This document shows, one piece after another, positions 26,707-39,903 of a stretch of 64,000 nucleotides of DNA. The translations under genes and the position numbers were made by a program. The stretch comes from the human T2T-CHM13v2.0 reference genome, Homo sapiens. Below the pieces are notes generated by a model. It did not search any database, was not told where the DNA came from, and worked only from the letters and a program-made list of their open reading frames with translations. The stretch lies in the NCBI RefSeq assembly GCF_009914755.1, contig NC_060928.1, one strand, 5' to 3'. Position 1 is the first letter of the stretch. Each line of letters opens with the position of its first letter.

Positions 26707-27587
26707 GGCAGTCAAGGTGGTACTCCCTCATGCTGGGATAAGTCTAAAATCCTTAGTTTTGCTGGCAGAACTTTGGAGAGTCAACAGATGACAATGACAT
26801 GCCAATAATCACAAAAATAGTAGTAGAGAGCCCAGTCTCTACCCCAGAACTATGAATTGGTAAAGTCTTTATATCTACTACTATATTCAGCCTCAACCTG
26901 AGGTGCAACATTTGCCTTTTGCTACCCTATTGTATCATACATTTCTCTCACCTCGAAGACAGCAATGCTCCTCTAAAATCAACCTCCTGCTTCAGCTCTT
27001 GATTCCATCTTTTCCCAATTCCAGAGAAGACTTTTCTTTGATTTTAGCACCTTCAATTACTTAATTGGAACTATTTTTAAGTAAAAAAATGCATTTCAAA
27101 AGCATAAATCCTCTTATCAAAAACTGCATATAGTAAAATCTCATAGGATGAAATTCAAATTTTGTAGCTTGGTAATTGTGTAATTGTCACTTCTATAACT
27201 TCTTAGAAATTGACCTATTCTGTGGCTTTGTCATACTGAAATGTCTTTTTGGGACTCCTCAGTAAACACAGACTGGTAAAACTGGTTGAGTGAAAGGAAT
27301 GAGTGAGAATTGTGGATAACTGCATGGTGATATTCTACCTAAAAGTGGACAACCTCTACTTAGCTCCAGTTGATTTTTGCCATGTGAGAATGGGGGCAGA
27401 TTTTGCTTGGTAAAGTCTCCATTTTAATAATTTTAATCATTAATTTTTTTTAATGTGGACAACTTATAATAGAAAATATTTGAAAACCACTCTGCTTGCC
27501 AAACAATACTCAATGGTAGAATCTAGCCATGAATTGCATCTTCCCCCGTTCAATTCAAGTAGATTTATTATCTTTTCTACAGGCAAC

Positions 27588-27933
<346 letters not shown>

Positions 27934-28778
27934 TAAGTTCTTCTCTTTGCTCTCTACCTTATTCAAACACATTCTTCTTCAAACTTGATGTCAATCTTAC
28001 CTGTTCTATTGTTTCTGTATCAATATCAGCCTCTTCTGAGATAATATATATTTATTATCTGAAGACCTAATCTGTGACTTTATAATATACTAATTTTAAT
28101 TTTTTGTTAGTTCTGCCAATACTTTTTTTTTAATCAAAGATGGAACTTTTATGAAAAAAAAAGTTCAGATTTTAATCCAACCCCTCATTATGGAAAGATT
28201 TGGAAAAGTTAAGTAAATCCCCTAACATAATATTGCTAGTTGACTATTGATTCTACAGACTTTTTTAAAATTGCCTTGAGTGTAGTAGGTATTGAATACA
28301 TACATGCTGATTTATTTTTTAAATGGCTGTCATTTTAACACCTTCCTTGGCTTTTGTTATAATTTCTTAACATTTAAACGGAAAATTCTGAATTCAGCAA
28401 TAACATTCATGTTTTATAGGGTATAATGTATAAACTGTAATCTCCCTCCAAAAAAAATGTTTTTCTCAAAATAAACCTTCCCAAACTCAAAACAGTGGTA
28501 TGTGTTTGCATTTCTTGTTAAGCTGAAGAAAATGAGTGTGCAAGTTGCTTTTGTTTATGAAATGCAGCTGTGCCTCTGTTTAATTTTAGAGGCAGTTTAA
28601 ACTGGTAACCATTCTTTCCTCAGAATTTTAAGGTTGCTTACCTATTAAAAATGTTAGTATTCATTTTTTTCCCAGGTGAATATTTGATAGTGGAAGATTT
28701 TTTTAATTACAAAGTATTTTGAATTTTTAGGAAACTATTAAAATGATGTAGCCAATATCCAAATAAATACCACCCAGA

Positions 28779-29079
28779 GGCAGGGTGCGGTGGCTCATGT
28801 CTATAATCCCAGCACTTTGGGAGGCCAAGGCAGGCAGATCAACTGAGGTCAGAAGTTCGAGACCAGCCTAGCCAGCATGGAGAAACCCTGTCTCTGCTAA
28901 AATACAAAAATTAGCCAGGTAGGGTGGCGGGCATCTGTAATCCCAGCTACTCAGAGGTGGGGGTGGGGTGGGGCGCTGAGGCAGGAAAATTGCTTAAACC
29001 TGGGAGGCAGAGGTTGTAGTGAGTCAAGATCATGCCACTGCACTCCAGTCTGGGCAACAGAGTGAGACTCCGTCTCAAA

Positions 29080-29100
<21 letters not shown>
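28779..29100 (+). mobile_element. AluSx with (TAAA)n tail and G-rich insertion
   Basis: Full dimer; TSD aaataaataccacccaga / aaataaataaaacccaga. Confidence 0.95.
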
Positions 29101-29110
<10 letters not shown>

Positions 29111-29423
29111 AACCCAGATATTACATAAATTAAGAATTTGCAATATTTTCTCCAATCTGGAAAATTTAAGTGCACATTGTCATTCTAACCAATACTATTC
29201 TCCTGAAACATGTAATATGATTAACATATAAATATTGACCATAATGTTTAGGCATGAAAGATTGGGCCTAAAGAAATGATTAGACTACAGGCAGGCACAG
29301 TATTAAAGGATTCTCCATCTTTTAAAATCAGAATGTAATTTTTCAAAATATTAAATACATAGTCCTCAGTTCATAGTATATTATCATCTTTTTTTGTCTA
29401 GACCTTCTTTTATTTAATCTATG

Positions 29424-29794
29424 TGATACGATTTTGCTCTGTGTCCCCACCCAAATCTCATGTTGAATTGTAATTCCCAGTGTTAGGGGAGGTACCTGAT
29501 GGGAGGTGACTGGATCATGGGGGTGGATTTCTCCCAGGCTGTTCTCGTGATAGTGAGTTCTCATTAGATCTATTGGTTTAAAAGTGTATGGTGCTTCCTG
29601 CCTTGCTCTCTCTCTGACATGTGATGACATGCTCACTTCCCCTTTGCCTTCCACCATGATTGTAAGTTTCCTAAGGCCTCCAGGCCATGCTTCCTGTACA
29701 GCCTGTGGAACTGTGATTCGATTAAACCTCTTTTCTTCATAAATTACTCAGTATCAGGTAGTTCTTTATAATAGTGCAAGAATGGACTAATACA
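29424..29794 (+). mobile_element. MSTA/THE1D MaLR solo LTR
   Basis: tgatacg...ctctgtgtccccacccaaatctcatgttgaattgtaat...ggactaataca; perfect TSD CTATG. Confidence 0.93.
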
Positions 29795-29846
29795 CTATGT
29801 ATTTCCTTTTATCTCCATATCCTACTCCCATTTCTCTTCCTCTATA

Positions 29847-30349
29847 TGTAACAATGGCTGAATAAAGATGACTGTATCTGTCTTATCAAAAGATGAGGTC
29901 TGCTTCCCCTCACTCTGAATCTGAGCTCACCTATGACCAACTATGTTATTCTAATTATGATGGAAGTGATGCAACATAAACTTCAGGACTAGACTTTAAG
30001 AGTATTGACAGTTTCTATTTTGCTCTTCTAATTTGATTACCTTTATGGAGAAACCATATAGACAGGCCCTGAAGATACAATGGAGGAGAGGGTTCCAGCT
30101 AAGCAAAGCCTTCTAGTGTCTCTGCCAAAGTGTCAGACATGTGATTGGAGAGGTCTTAAACATGACAGCCCAATTCAACTACCACTATAACACATCAGAT
30201 GACATATATAGATACCAAGTAAGCGAGATATCACCCATTCTAGTCACCCGTGAATTCTTGGCTCATGGATCTGTGAGCAAAATGAATGATTGTTGTTTAA
30301 CACCAAGTTCTGGAGTCATTTGTTACTCATCAAAAGATAATGGGAACAA
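29847..30349 (+). mobile_element. MLT1H/G-like MaLR LTR
   Basis: Ends tgtgagcaaaatgaatgattgttgtttaa...atttgttactcatcaaaagataatgggaaca. Confidence 0.75.
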
Positions 30350-30571
30350 TAGTCATTCTACTGTGTTTAATTTGTGTCTTTTTAAAATATGTGTTCTTAA
30401 AGAATGTGTGTGTTTTGTGTATAGGTATTTTGATTTATTTAAATAATAGTACAAAAAAACCTCCTGTTTTTAACTAAACACCATGTTTATGAGATCCATT
30501 TATGTCACAAGGTATGTATCTATTTATTGCTTCCATTTGTTGTGTAGCCTCGTGTTCATCTACTACATATA

Positions 30572-30892
<321 letters not shown>

Positions 30893-31530
30893 ATCTACTA
30901 CACATTTTACCTACTAATTTCTCACAGTGATGGATACCCAGGTTGCCTCCAAATCCACATTGCTACACACAATGCTTTGATAAATATCCTGGAAAATTCC
31001 CTTTAACTACTTGTATGAGAATTTCCTTGGGTTTATACAAGCAGAATAACTATCATAGGTAATGCCCATACCTTGTTTGCCTAACAATGACATATCTCTC
31101 CAGTGCAGACGTACCAGTCTACCCTTCCACTAGCAATGCAAAGCATTCTTAAATCACCACATCTCTCCAATAACTGAAATTATTCAGATTTCTCATTTTT
31201 CTATATTATAGTTCAAAATAAAATCTAGTTTTAAATGCATTTTTCTGACAATTAATTTTGAGCTGTACTTTTTATGTGTGTTGGCCTTTTGGGTTTCCTT
31301 GATTATAACCTACCTGTTCATAGTTGTTGCCACTTATCAGTTAGGATTGCTGTCTTCTTCATGTTATTTTTAGAAGTTTCTTATATATTACAGAGATTAC
31401 TCACTTGCTGTTCAAGACATTACAAATGTCTTGACCCATTAATTGGTCTAGTCATTTTTTCTCATGGTATCGTTACTTGAACAGATATCCATACTTTAGT
31501 CTAATTAAATTGTTTAACTTTTTCCCATAT
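30893..31530 (-). mobile_element. Old L1ME-type fragment (also ~30440-30567)
   Basis: gtgatggatacccaggttgcctcc; gtaccagtctacccttccactagcaatgc. Confidence 0.6.
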
Positions 31531-31554
31531 ACTTAAAAAAAATGCTGTTAGCTC

Positions 31555-33240
31555 TATTTTTTTCCATTTATATTGAGGTATAATTGAAAAATAAAAATTG
31601 TACACATTTAAGATGTACAACATAATGTTTTTATATATGTATACATTGTGAGATTATAAGCCAATTAGCATATCCATCACCTCACATTACGTTTTTTGTG
31701 ATGAGAACATTGAAGATCTACTCTCTCAGCAAATTCCAAACATTCAATGCAGTATTATTAACTATAGTCACCATGTTATACATTAGATCTCCAGAACTTA
31801 TTTATCCTGCCTAACTGAAACTTTAACACTTTGACCAATGTCTCCCTATTTCTCTTACTACCCAGCCTCTGGCAAGTATCATTCTACTCTGTTTCTAGGA
31901 GTTCAAATTTTAGATTCTACATGTAAGTAAGATCATACAGAATTTATCTTTCTGTGCTGGATTATTTCACTTAGTAAAATGTCATCCAGTTTCATCCATG
32001 TTGCTTCAAATGACAGGATTACCTTCTTTTTAAAGGCTAAATAATATTCCATTGTTAAGTATTCACTACATTTTCTTTATCCATTCATTTGTCCATATAT
32101 ATTTATTTATCTTGGCTATATTTATATATCTTGGCTATCATGAATAATGCTGCAATGAATATGGAAGTACAAATACATCTTTAAAATGCTGATTTCATGT
32201 CCTTTTGATATATAGAAGAAGTGGGATGGCTGGACCACATGGTGGTCCTATTTTTAGTTTTGTGAGGAACTTACTGTTTTTCATGATGGGTGTACCAATT
32301 TATATTCCCACTAACAGTATACAAAAATTTAATTAATTTTTTCTTTGTATAGTTCATTGTTAGTATGTGGAAACACAACTGATTTTTGTACGTTGGCTTT
32401 GTATCCTGAAGCTTCACTGAATTTGTTATTATTTTTAACGGGTTTTTTTGGTTGAGTCTTCAGTGTTTTCTATACAAAGATTATGTCATTTGCAAGCAGA
32501 GACAATTAATTTTCTTCCTTTCCAGTTTAGAAGTCTTTTACTTATTTGTCTTGCCTAATTACTCTGATGAGGTATTTCAGTACTCTGTTGACTAGAAGTG
32601 GTAAAATTGGGCACCCTTGTTTTGTTCCTAATCTTAGATGAAAACCTTTCAACTTTTCACCATTGAGTATTATGCTATCTTTGGGCTTGTCATGTATGAT
32701 TTATTATGTTGAAATTCATTCCTTCTGTACATAGATTGACTACTTTAACATTATGTAGTGTATTTGTCTATTGAGACAGGCTTTGACTGAAAGTATATTT
32801 TGTTTATATTTGTCTATAGAAGTATAGCCACCCCAGCTGTCTTTTGTTATCATTTGCATGAAATATCTTTCTCTATTCCTTCCAGCCTGTGTGTGCCTTA
32901 AAGCTAAAGTGAGTCTCTTTAGGCAGTAGGTGATTAGATCTTGTGTTTTTTGGGTTTTTTTCCTTTTTTTTTTGTTTTTCTTTTTAAATCCATTCAGCCA
33001 GTCTTTGTCTTTTGATTGGATAACTTAATCCATTTACATTTAAAGTAATTATTGATCAGTACAGACTTACTATTGCCATTTTGTTAAATGTTTTCTGATT
33101 TTTTTGTAGTTCTTTTGTTCTTTTCTTTCTTGATGTTTCTTTGTGATTCGATTATTTTCTATAGTGGCATGCTTTGATTCCTTTCTATTTCTATTTTGTA
33201 TGTCTACTAGATTTTATTTCTTTATCGTTACCATGTAGTA
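31555..33240 (-). mobile_element. L1MA (MA8/9-like) 3' end plus discontinuous upstream L1 segments
   Basis: tattgaggtataattga...aagatctactctctcagcaaatt...tattaactatagtcaccatg; jumps near 32325 and 32735. Confidence 0.85.
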
Positions 33241-33734
33241 TACAATGATGCATCTCTGAACTCTGTTCTTTTCCACTGGGTTATCTTTCTGTTCTTTATT
33301 CTTTATTTTCTTAAGGGTTGATTTACCTATTGCTGGAAAAACATTCATTTGTATAAACTTTAGAATAAATATATTTTATTTTATAAGAAATTTGACTAAA
33401 TTTTTATTTTGGTTACATTGGATTAACATATTTAATTGACATCTTTTTAATTTTAAGTCAAGTGTGCAATGTCCTCCATTTCTTCAGAACATCATCTCTC
33501 TTCAAACAGTAAAAAGTAATTTTGATGAGGGTTTTATATATTTTTCTGCAAGTTAATTTCTAAGTACTATATATTTAGTTGTTATTTTGAGTAATATATC
33601 AGTTATTACTATACTTTCTGAATAGTGTATTGGAAATATCTCAGGGCACATAGTAATGCATATTTGTTTTATACTCGTGTGTGTAATAATTGACCTGGTC
33701 AAAATGTCTTATCCTTGGGTCTACCCAGAGAAAT

Positions 33735-33979
33735 AGGGTCTCCCTGGGGCCTGATCTTCTTATGGTGAAGGTCAGAAGCTTCCAGATAGGTAAGTAGAAA
33801 CATGCAGTGCTCAGAACTTGCATACACAGTGTCACACATATTGTCACTTCTGCCCATATTCCATTGGCCAAAGGATATGATATTGTCTAGCCCAATATCA
33901 ATTGAATGGGAAAGTATTCTTTTCCCATGTAGGTGGTTTAGTGGGAATGAAATTTTGCTGAGCAGTTACTATCTTCCAC
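33735..33979 (-). mobile_element. MLT1K/L-like MaLR LTR fragment
   Basis: gtcacttctgcccatattccattggccaaag...ccaca terminus. Confidence 0.6.
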
Positions 33980-34313
33980 AAGTAGCCAATTAGCCTTCTA
34001 AACAGGCCAAATGAGCTGATATCATCATGCTGTTAATTTAATAAAATTTTTATTTGAAGGAAAATGTTGGATTCAAATTATTTTTAATTCAAATATTTAA
34101 TTTTTAAAATTTTACTGGCATTAATTTTAATTATTAGCTTTATTCTCAAAATTGTTTTCATTTTTAAACATAAGATTGAACATTGAGTCAGCTTAGAATA
34201 TGGAAAAAATAATTTTATGAACCAATCAATTGTTACTACCTACTTTTACATGGGCAAATGAAATTATTTTTATATCTGCCCCACATTTTAGAATATTTGA
34301 CGCTGTATGCAGT

Positions 34314-34317
<4 letters not shown>

Positions 34318-34349
<32 letters not shown>
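34318..34349. repeat. (TA)16 microsatellite
   Basis: Direct read; abuts MER6. Confidence 0.95.
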
Positions 34350-34352
<3 letters not shown>

Positions 34353-34551
34353 TAAGTCCTAATTGAATGTCATCAATAGATTCTTGGAAATTATACATTT
34401 AAGTGAAATGATGTATAATAAAACCAATATTATCATACATGCAAAGAACATGCAACTTCACACCGACAGTGGTCCTATCTGGAAATTGATTTTTTTCTTA
34501 TCAACATTATAATGACATTGAACAAAATGACATTCTTTGAAGATCTGCTTG
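34350..34551 (-). mobile_element. MER6 (MER6B-like) Tigger-family MITE
   Basis: cagtaagtcct...ttcttggaaa at one end; TA on both flanks. Confidence 0.75.
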
Positions 34552-37520
34552 TATATATATATTTTATTTTGTATGTATGTTTTGTTTTCGGTGAATGTAT
34601 CCATCATCTAACCTAGGACCTAAGGGCCCAAAGCTTTCTCAGTTCTATGTTAGGCAACTTAGTGGACAGAATTATGTCATATATTTCCTTGAGTTTCAGC
34701 AAGTCTACATATTATTAATTATAAAATGAGTACTTTACTACATTTTTAATTAAATTGAAATAACTAGATAGATGAAATTATTAGTAAAACAAATTATAGC
34801 AAATGTTCTTACATATAATGTAATAAAATTTTATCTTATACCAAACCACAGTAGTAGAGTATGTCCTGACTTTACTGTTGAATATGTAAATATGATTGTA
34901 TCTTAAAGACTGTTGCATAATAAAAATCAATGTGAGTTATCCTGATAAATTATCTGAATCAAATTCCTTAGTGTAGTCTAACATTGTTCTTATACTGAAC
35001 TTTGATAAAAATTAATTACTTTATTGAGCAATATTTTGGTTTTAAAGACTTTGGCCAAAATAGTCTGTTTTGTTAATTTTTAAAAGTCACACTTGTCTTC
35101 ATGAATGTACATAATTGCATTTACAGACACATGAAAAACTCTGGATTCAAATAAAAATGTATTTGGTAATATATTTTAGCATATTTTAATAGAGAATTAG
35201 AGGTCTTTTTCAAATATATATAATATATATTATTTAAATTTTTATACATATAATCAGGAAAATTATGCTTAAATATTATGGAATAATGCTTTCATATAGA
35301 AAAGACCAGTGAAACACCACAAAGCAACAGTAAATAATTTTAGGCACAGTCTTGAACAACAAGAACAACAACAAAAAAATCTGTCATTGAACTGTCAGTT
35401 AATTTTTATAATAATTGAGGAACATTTGAGATACAACCTAAATCCATTTGTTTTCAGCTAAGTAAGGCATAAAAGCACAAATTGCCAGAATTTGATTAAC
35501 TTATTAATAGTAACGCTAGACTGCCAATTTAAAAATGCCCTAGAGTCTTTCCTAACATTGAGATTTTGTACTTCAAAAGTCTCATCTGCTATGGCAAATG
35601 AACAAACAGTGTTCCTAAGTCTGCATCCATTAATCTGGAGACATGAAAGGGAGAAACTGGGGACATGTGGACCAAGTTTTAATGCCTTATAACCTCCTGG
35701 AGGACACATTTCTCCAATAGTATGTTATGAAAAAATTTCTTTTCATTGTAATATCCTTCAAAGGTACAAAAGATTAAATGTGGTTTAATGTTAATATCAC
35801 GTTTGTTTTACATTGAAAAGAAAGAGAAAACCCTAATATTCTTTTATGGTACCATTGTCAAGAAAATAGCATTCTTTTAACTATCTTTGATGGCTTTCAT
35901 TTTTTCCTAAGAATGATGATGTTTGGTGACAATTAATATTAATAATGCTAGAGACCAAAAAGCTCTTCATCTTTTAAATGGGTATAAATATTTAAACCTA
36001 GGTTAAAAGAGTATATTTTAGATTGGCTTTGGTTTAATTGGCTATAGTATTCCTCCTTTATGTTTCTGTAAGATTTAATACCAAATTGAAATCAAGATAG
36101 TGATAAACAATCCTTTATTATTAAAAATTACATAGTATGTCTTCAAACTTGTGCTGAGGCTCAACAAATGACAAGAAGCTTTACGATGTAATTCCTCTTT
36201 CCATGGAAACATGTGACTTTATTTCATATGTATTTTTGGAACATCACCACTGTTTGTGTACTTCATCAGCAACATTCCAATAATGCATTAAATTATAGAA
36301 TTTCTGTTTTACCATTATTTTTGGCAGGATTAGAATTAAATAATAAAATAGTATAAATGTTCTATATATGGGAGTTACTTCAACAACCAATTTTACAGAT
36401 TGTAAAAAATTCTCTTCAAATTTGCAAAATAGTGTTATTTATTGTTTCTTAATGTTGTATGCTTTGAGTAACTGAGACTTCTTTCCCTTTGCTTAGAAGA
36501 AATCCAAACCAAAACTGGCTTTGTTTCAACACTTCAAAAGGAGTTCTACCAAATGAAATATAAATTGAATTGCTCTCAGAAATAAAATCACTTAGTTGCC
36601 TTGAATCACAATTTGAGATTTTAAAGAGCGAAGAATTCTGCTAAGTGCATGTATGTCTGTGTTTTCTATCTTGTGTTCCTGGTTAAGTACCACATGGAAG
36701 AATAATAGACTACTGACTGAACTCTGAAATTCACTTAGAATTCCACTTCTGCTGAAGTAGAAGATTAGTTTTATCTTAGCCATAACTGATTTTGACAGTC
36801 AGGTATTAGTGTGTGATATTTTATATGATTTTCCTGTCTCCACTAATTTCCTCAGCTTTACTATCATACATATTATATTATCATAGGCTGAATATATTTG
36901 AAATATTTTAGGATGCAAATAACTTCAAGTGTATTCACTTATTCCTTCTTTTCAGATATTTAAGTAAGCAAGTGTTACTTATATTTTGGATTACCAACTT
37001 GATTTAAACATACATTATCCCAGAATTTGGGAAGCACAAATTCTATTATCCATGAAGTATCTATATATTATATTTAAAATCGCTATTCCAAGAGTGAATT
37101 GTAGAATAAACATCTAATCTTTGTAGCAAATGAAGATTCCATTCCACTATACTGTCCTCGAAGGTATTTTTTCTGATTTTTGCCATCCTCTTTCTTGGAG
37201 AAAGATTTAGAGAAAACATTTAGAAGAGGCTATGCAACTTCCATCAATTTGTTGTCTGGTTGAATTGTTTGAACTCTCCAAACCCCTAGTATCTGTCGAA
37301 ACATATTGCAAACAGAGTTAAGTACTCCTAAATTCTTAGATTTCATTTCAAACATGTCCTTCTTCATTATTGTCCAAATAGCTTTTTGTGCTTTTTTTTC
37401 TACATTAAATTTTCAGGTGATGAATTACCTACAAATATTGTGCCGTTCACCACATGGCAAGATTCTCTTGTAGAATTTTTAATTTTTTAATAATGTAATG
37501 TGCTTGGAAAAGTGTATATG

Positions 37521-38687
37521 TAGTTACATGACATATAATGTTTCAGACAATGTTGGACCACATACACAAAGGCAGTCCCATAGGATTATAAAGGAACTAA
37601 AAAGGTATATTGCTAGAGATGTTTTAGTTGTCTTAATGTCATAGTGTGATGTATTCCTCATGTATTTGTTGTTATGCAGGTATAAACAGAACTGTGCTAC
37701 TGGTCATATAAAAGTGTAGCACATACAATTATATATGGTACATAATACTATATAATAAATGACCATGTTACTTGCCATACGATGCTTTTTATTGTTATTT
37801 TAGAGTGTACTTCCACTCATATATATATATAAATTAAAAGTTAAATATAAAACAGCCTCAGGAAGCTCCTTCAGGAGGTATTTCAGAAGAAAGCAATGTT
37901 ACAATAGGAGATGACAGTTCCATGCATTTTATTATTTCCCATGAAGACCTTCCAGTCGGACAAAATGTGGAGGTAGAAGACACTGCTATTGATGATCCTG
38001 ACCCTGTGTAGGCCTAGGCTAATGTGTGTGTTTGTGTATTAGGTTTTAACAAAAATGTTTGATAAGTAATAAAATAGTAAAAAGCTTATAGAATAAAGAT
38101 ATAAATAAAAAATTGTATACAGCTATACAATGTGTTTTAAGCTAAGTTTTGTTACAAAAGAGTCAAAAAGTTAGCAGATTTAAGAGGTCATAACATAAAA
38201 TGTTGTAGTAAGCTAAGGTCAATTTAATATTAAAGAAAGGCTTTTTAAATAAAATTAATGTAGCCCAAGTGCACAGTGTTTATAAAGTCTACAATAGTGT
38301 ACAATACTGTCCTAGACTTTCCTTTTCACTCACCACTGACTCATTGATTCACCCATAGCAGCTTCCAGTCCTGCAAGCTTCATTTATGGCAAGTGATACA
38401 GGAGTACTAGTTTTATTTTTTATACTGTATTTTTACTTTACTTTTTCTATGTTTACATATGTTTAGATACATAAATACTTACCATTGTTTTTAATTGCCT
38501 ATTCAGTAGAGTAACATGCTGTTCAGGTTTATAGCTTAGGAGCAATAGGTTATATCATATAGCCTAGGTTTACAGCAGCCTGTACCATCTAGGTTTGTGT
38601 ACATACTCTCTATGATTGCAAAATGAAAAAATCACCTAACGATGCAATACTCACATTGTATTCCCATCATTAAATGACATACGACCA
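37521..38687 (+). mobile_element. Tigger3b (MER7) DNA transposon
   Basis: gtcccataggattata; cagcctcagg...ccttcaggaggtatt; attgatgatcctgaccctgtgtaggcctaggctaatgtgtgtg. Confidence 0.9.
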
Positions 38688-38759
38688 TATATGTGTTTTT
38701 ATTCTTTTGTATGTTTTTGCCTTATAACATATAAACATGATACATTAAAACCAGTAGCT

Positions 38760-39112
<353 letters not shown>

Positions 39113-39659
39113 TTATTTTAAATTACTTTCATATCAAGCAGCATAGAGCAATGAAATTTTAACATGTACCAATGCCTTTACAAATTCAATATTGTCTCTT
39201 GCATTTTATATGACCAGCTTGAAGTCCAACAACTAAATAACTATGGTCAAACCACAATTTATCTCATCTGATTATTGTACATAGCCATACTAACTAATAT
39301 TGGGTTCTAGTTTCAACTTGGTTAGGTGTGATAAAACCACCTGGACTCACACAGTTTTTACTTACTTGTGTATGTAATTGCACCTGTAAATCTCCCTAGA
39401 GTATTCAACCTTGGCTGTACTTCCTCTTGCAGTTATTACTACATTTCTCCACTTACTTTATTTTTAAGCTGTTAGGTAAGTGGCCTTCAAGCCCTTCACT
39501 TCAATATTTTTGCCATCAACTTTCCACTTATTCCAATTACCTATTTCCTCTTCAATAATCATAAGTACAACAGAAGAGAGTAACAGATGATTGACTGAAT
39601 CCTGCCACTCACTTGAAATTCCACATTTGCTGAAGTGTGGATGGTTTGTTTTATCTCTG

Positions 39660-39903
39660 CCATGATTTCAAGGAATTTTTCTATGACTTTTAAGTTGTCA
39701 AATTTATGACATATAGTTGTTCATATTATCTCCTTATTTTTTAATATCTGTAGGATATGTAGTAGTATCTCCTTTTTCTTTCCTGATATTTGTAATTTGT
39801 GTTTTCTCCTTTTCCCTTCTGATTAATATAGATAAAGATTTATAAATTCTATCAGTGACATCAAAAAATAGGTTTTGGTTTTTATTATTTTCTGTATTTT
39901 TTT
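39660..39903 (-). mobile_element. Ancient L1M, host of the L1PB insertion
   Basis: tctcctttttctttcctgatatttgtaatttgtgttttctc; continues at 46012. Confidence 0.65.

Larger units (their letters stand above)
24943..26786 (+). mobile_element. Possible old ERV1-type LTR (family uncertain) hosting AluJ, THE1 and MER50
   Basis: TG...CA termini (tgagaaatgaaa ... ggagagtcaaca); about 500 bp remain after removing nested inserts; no clean TSD. Confidence 0.35.

Noticed and set aside
37385-37475. Acceptor-like ttttcag|gtgatg as an exon
   Set aside because: No convincing donor or recognisable peptide; common by chance in T-rich DNA
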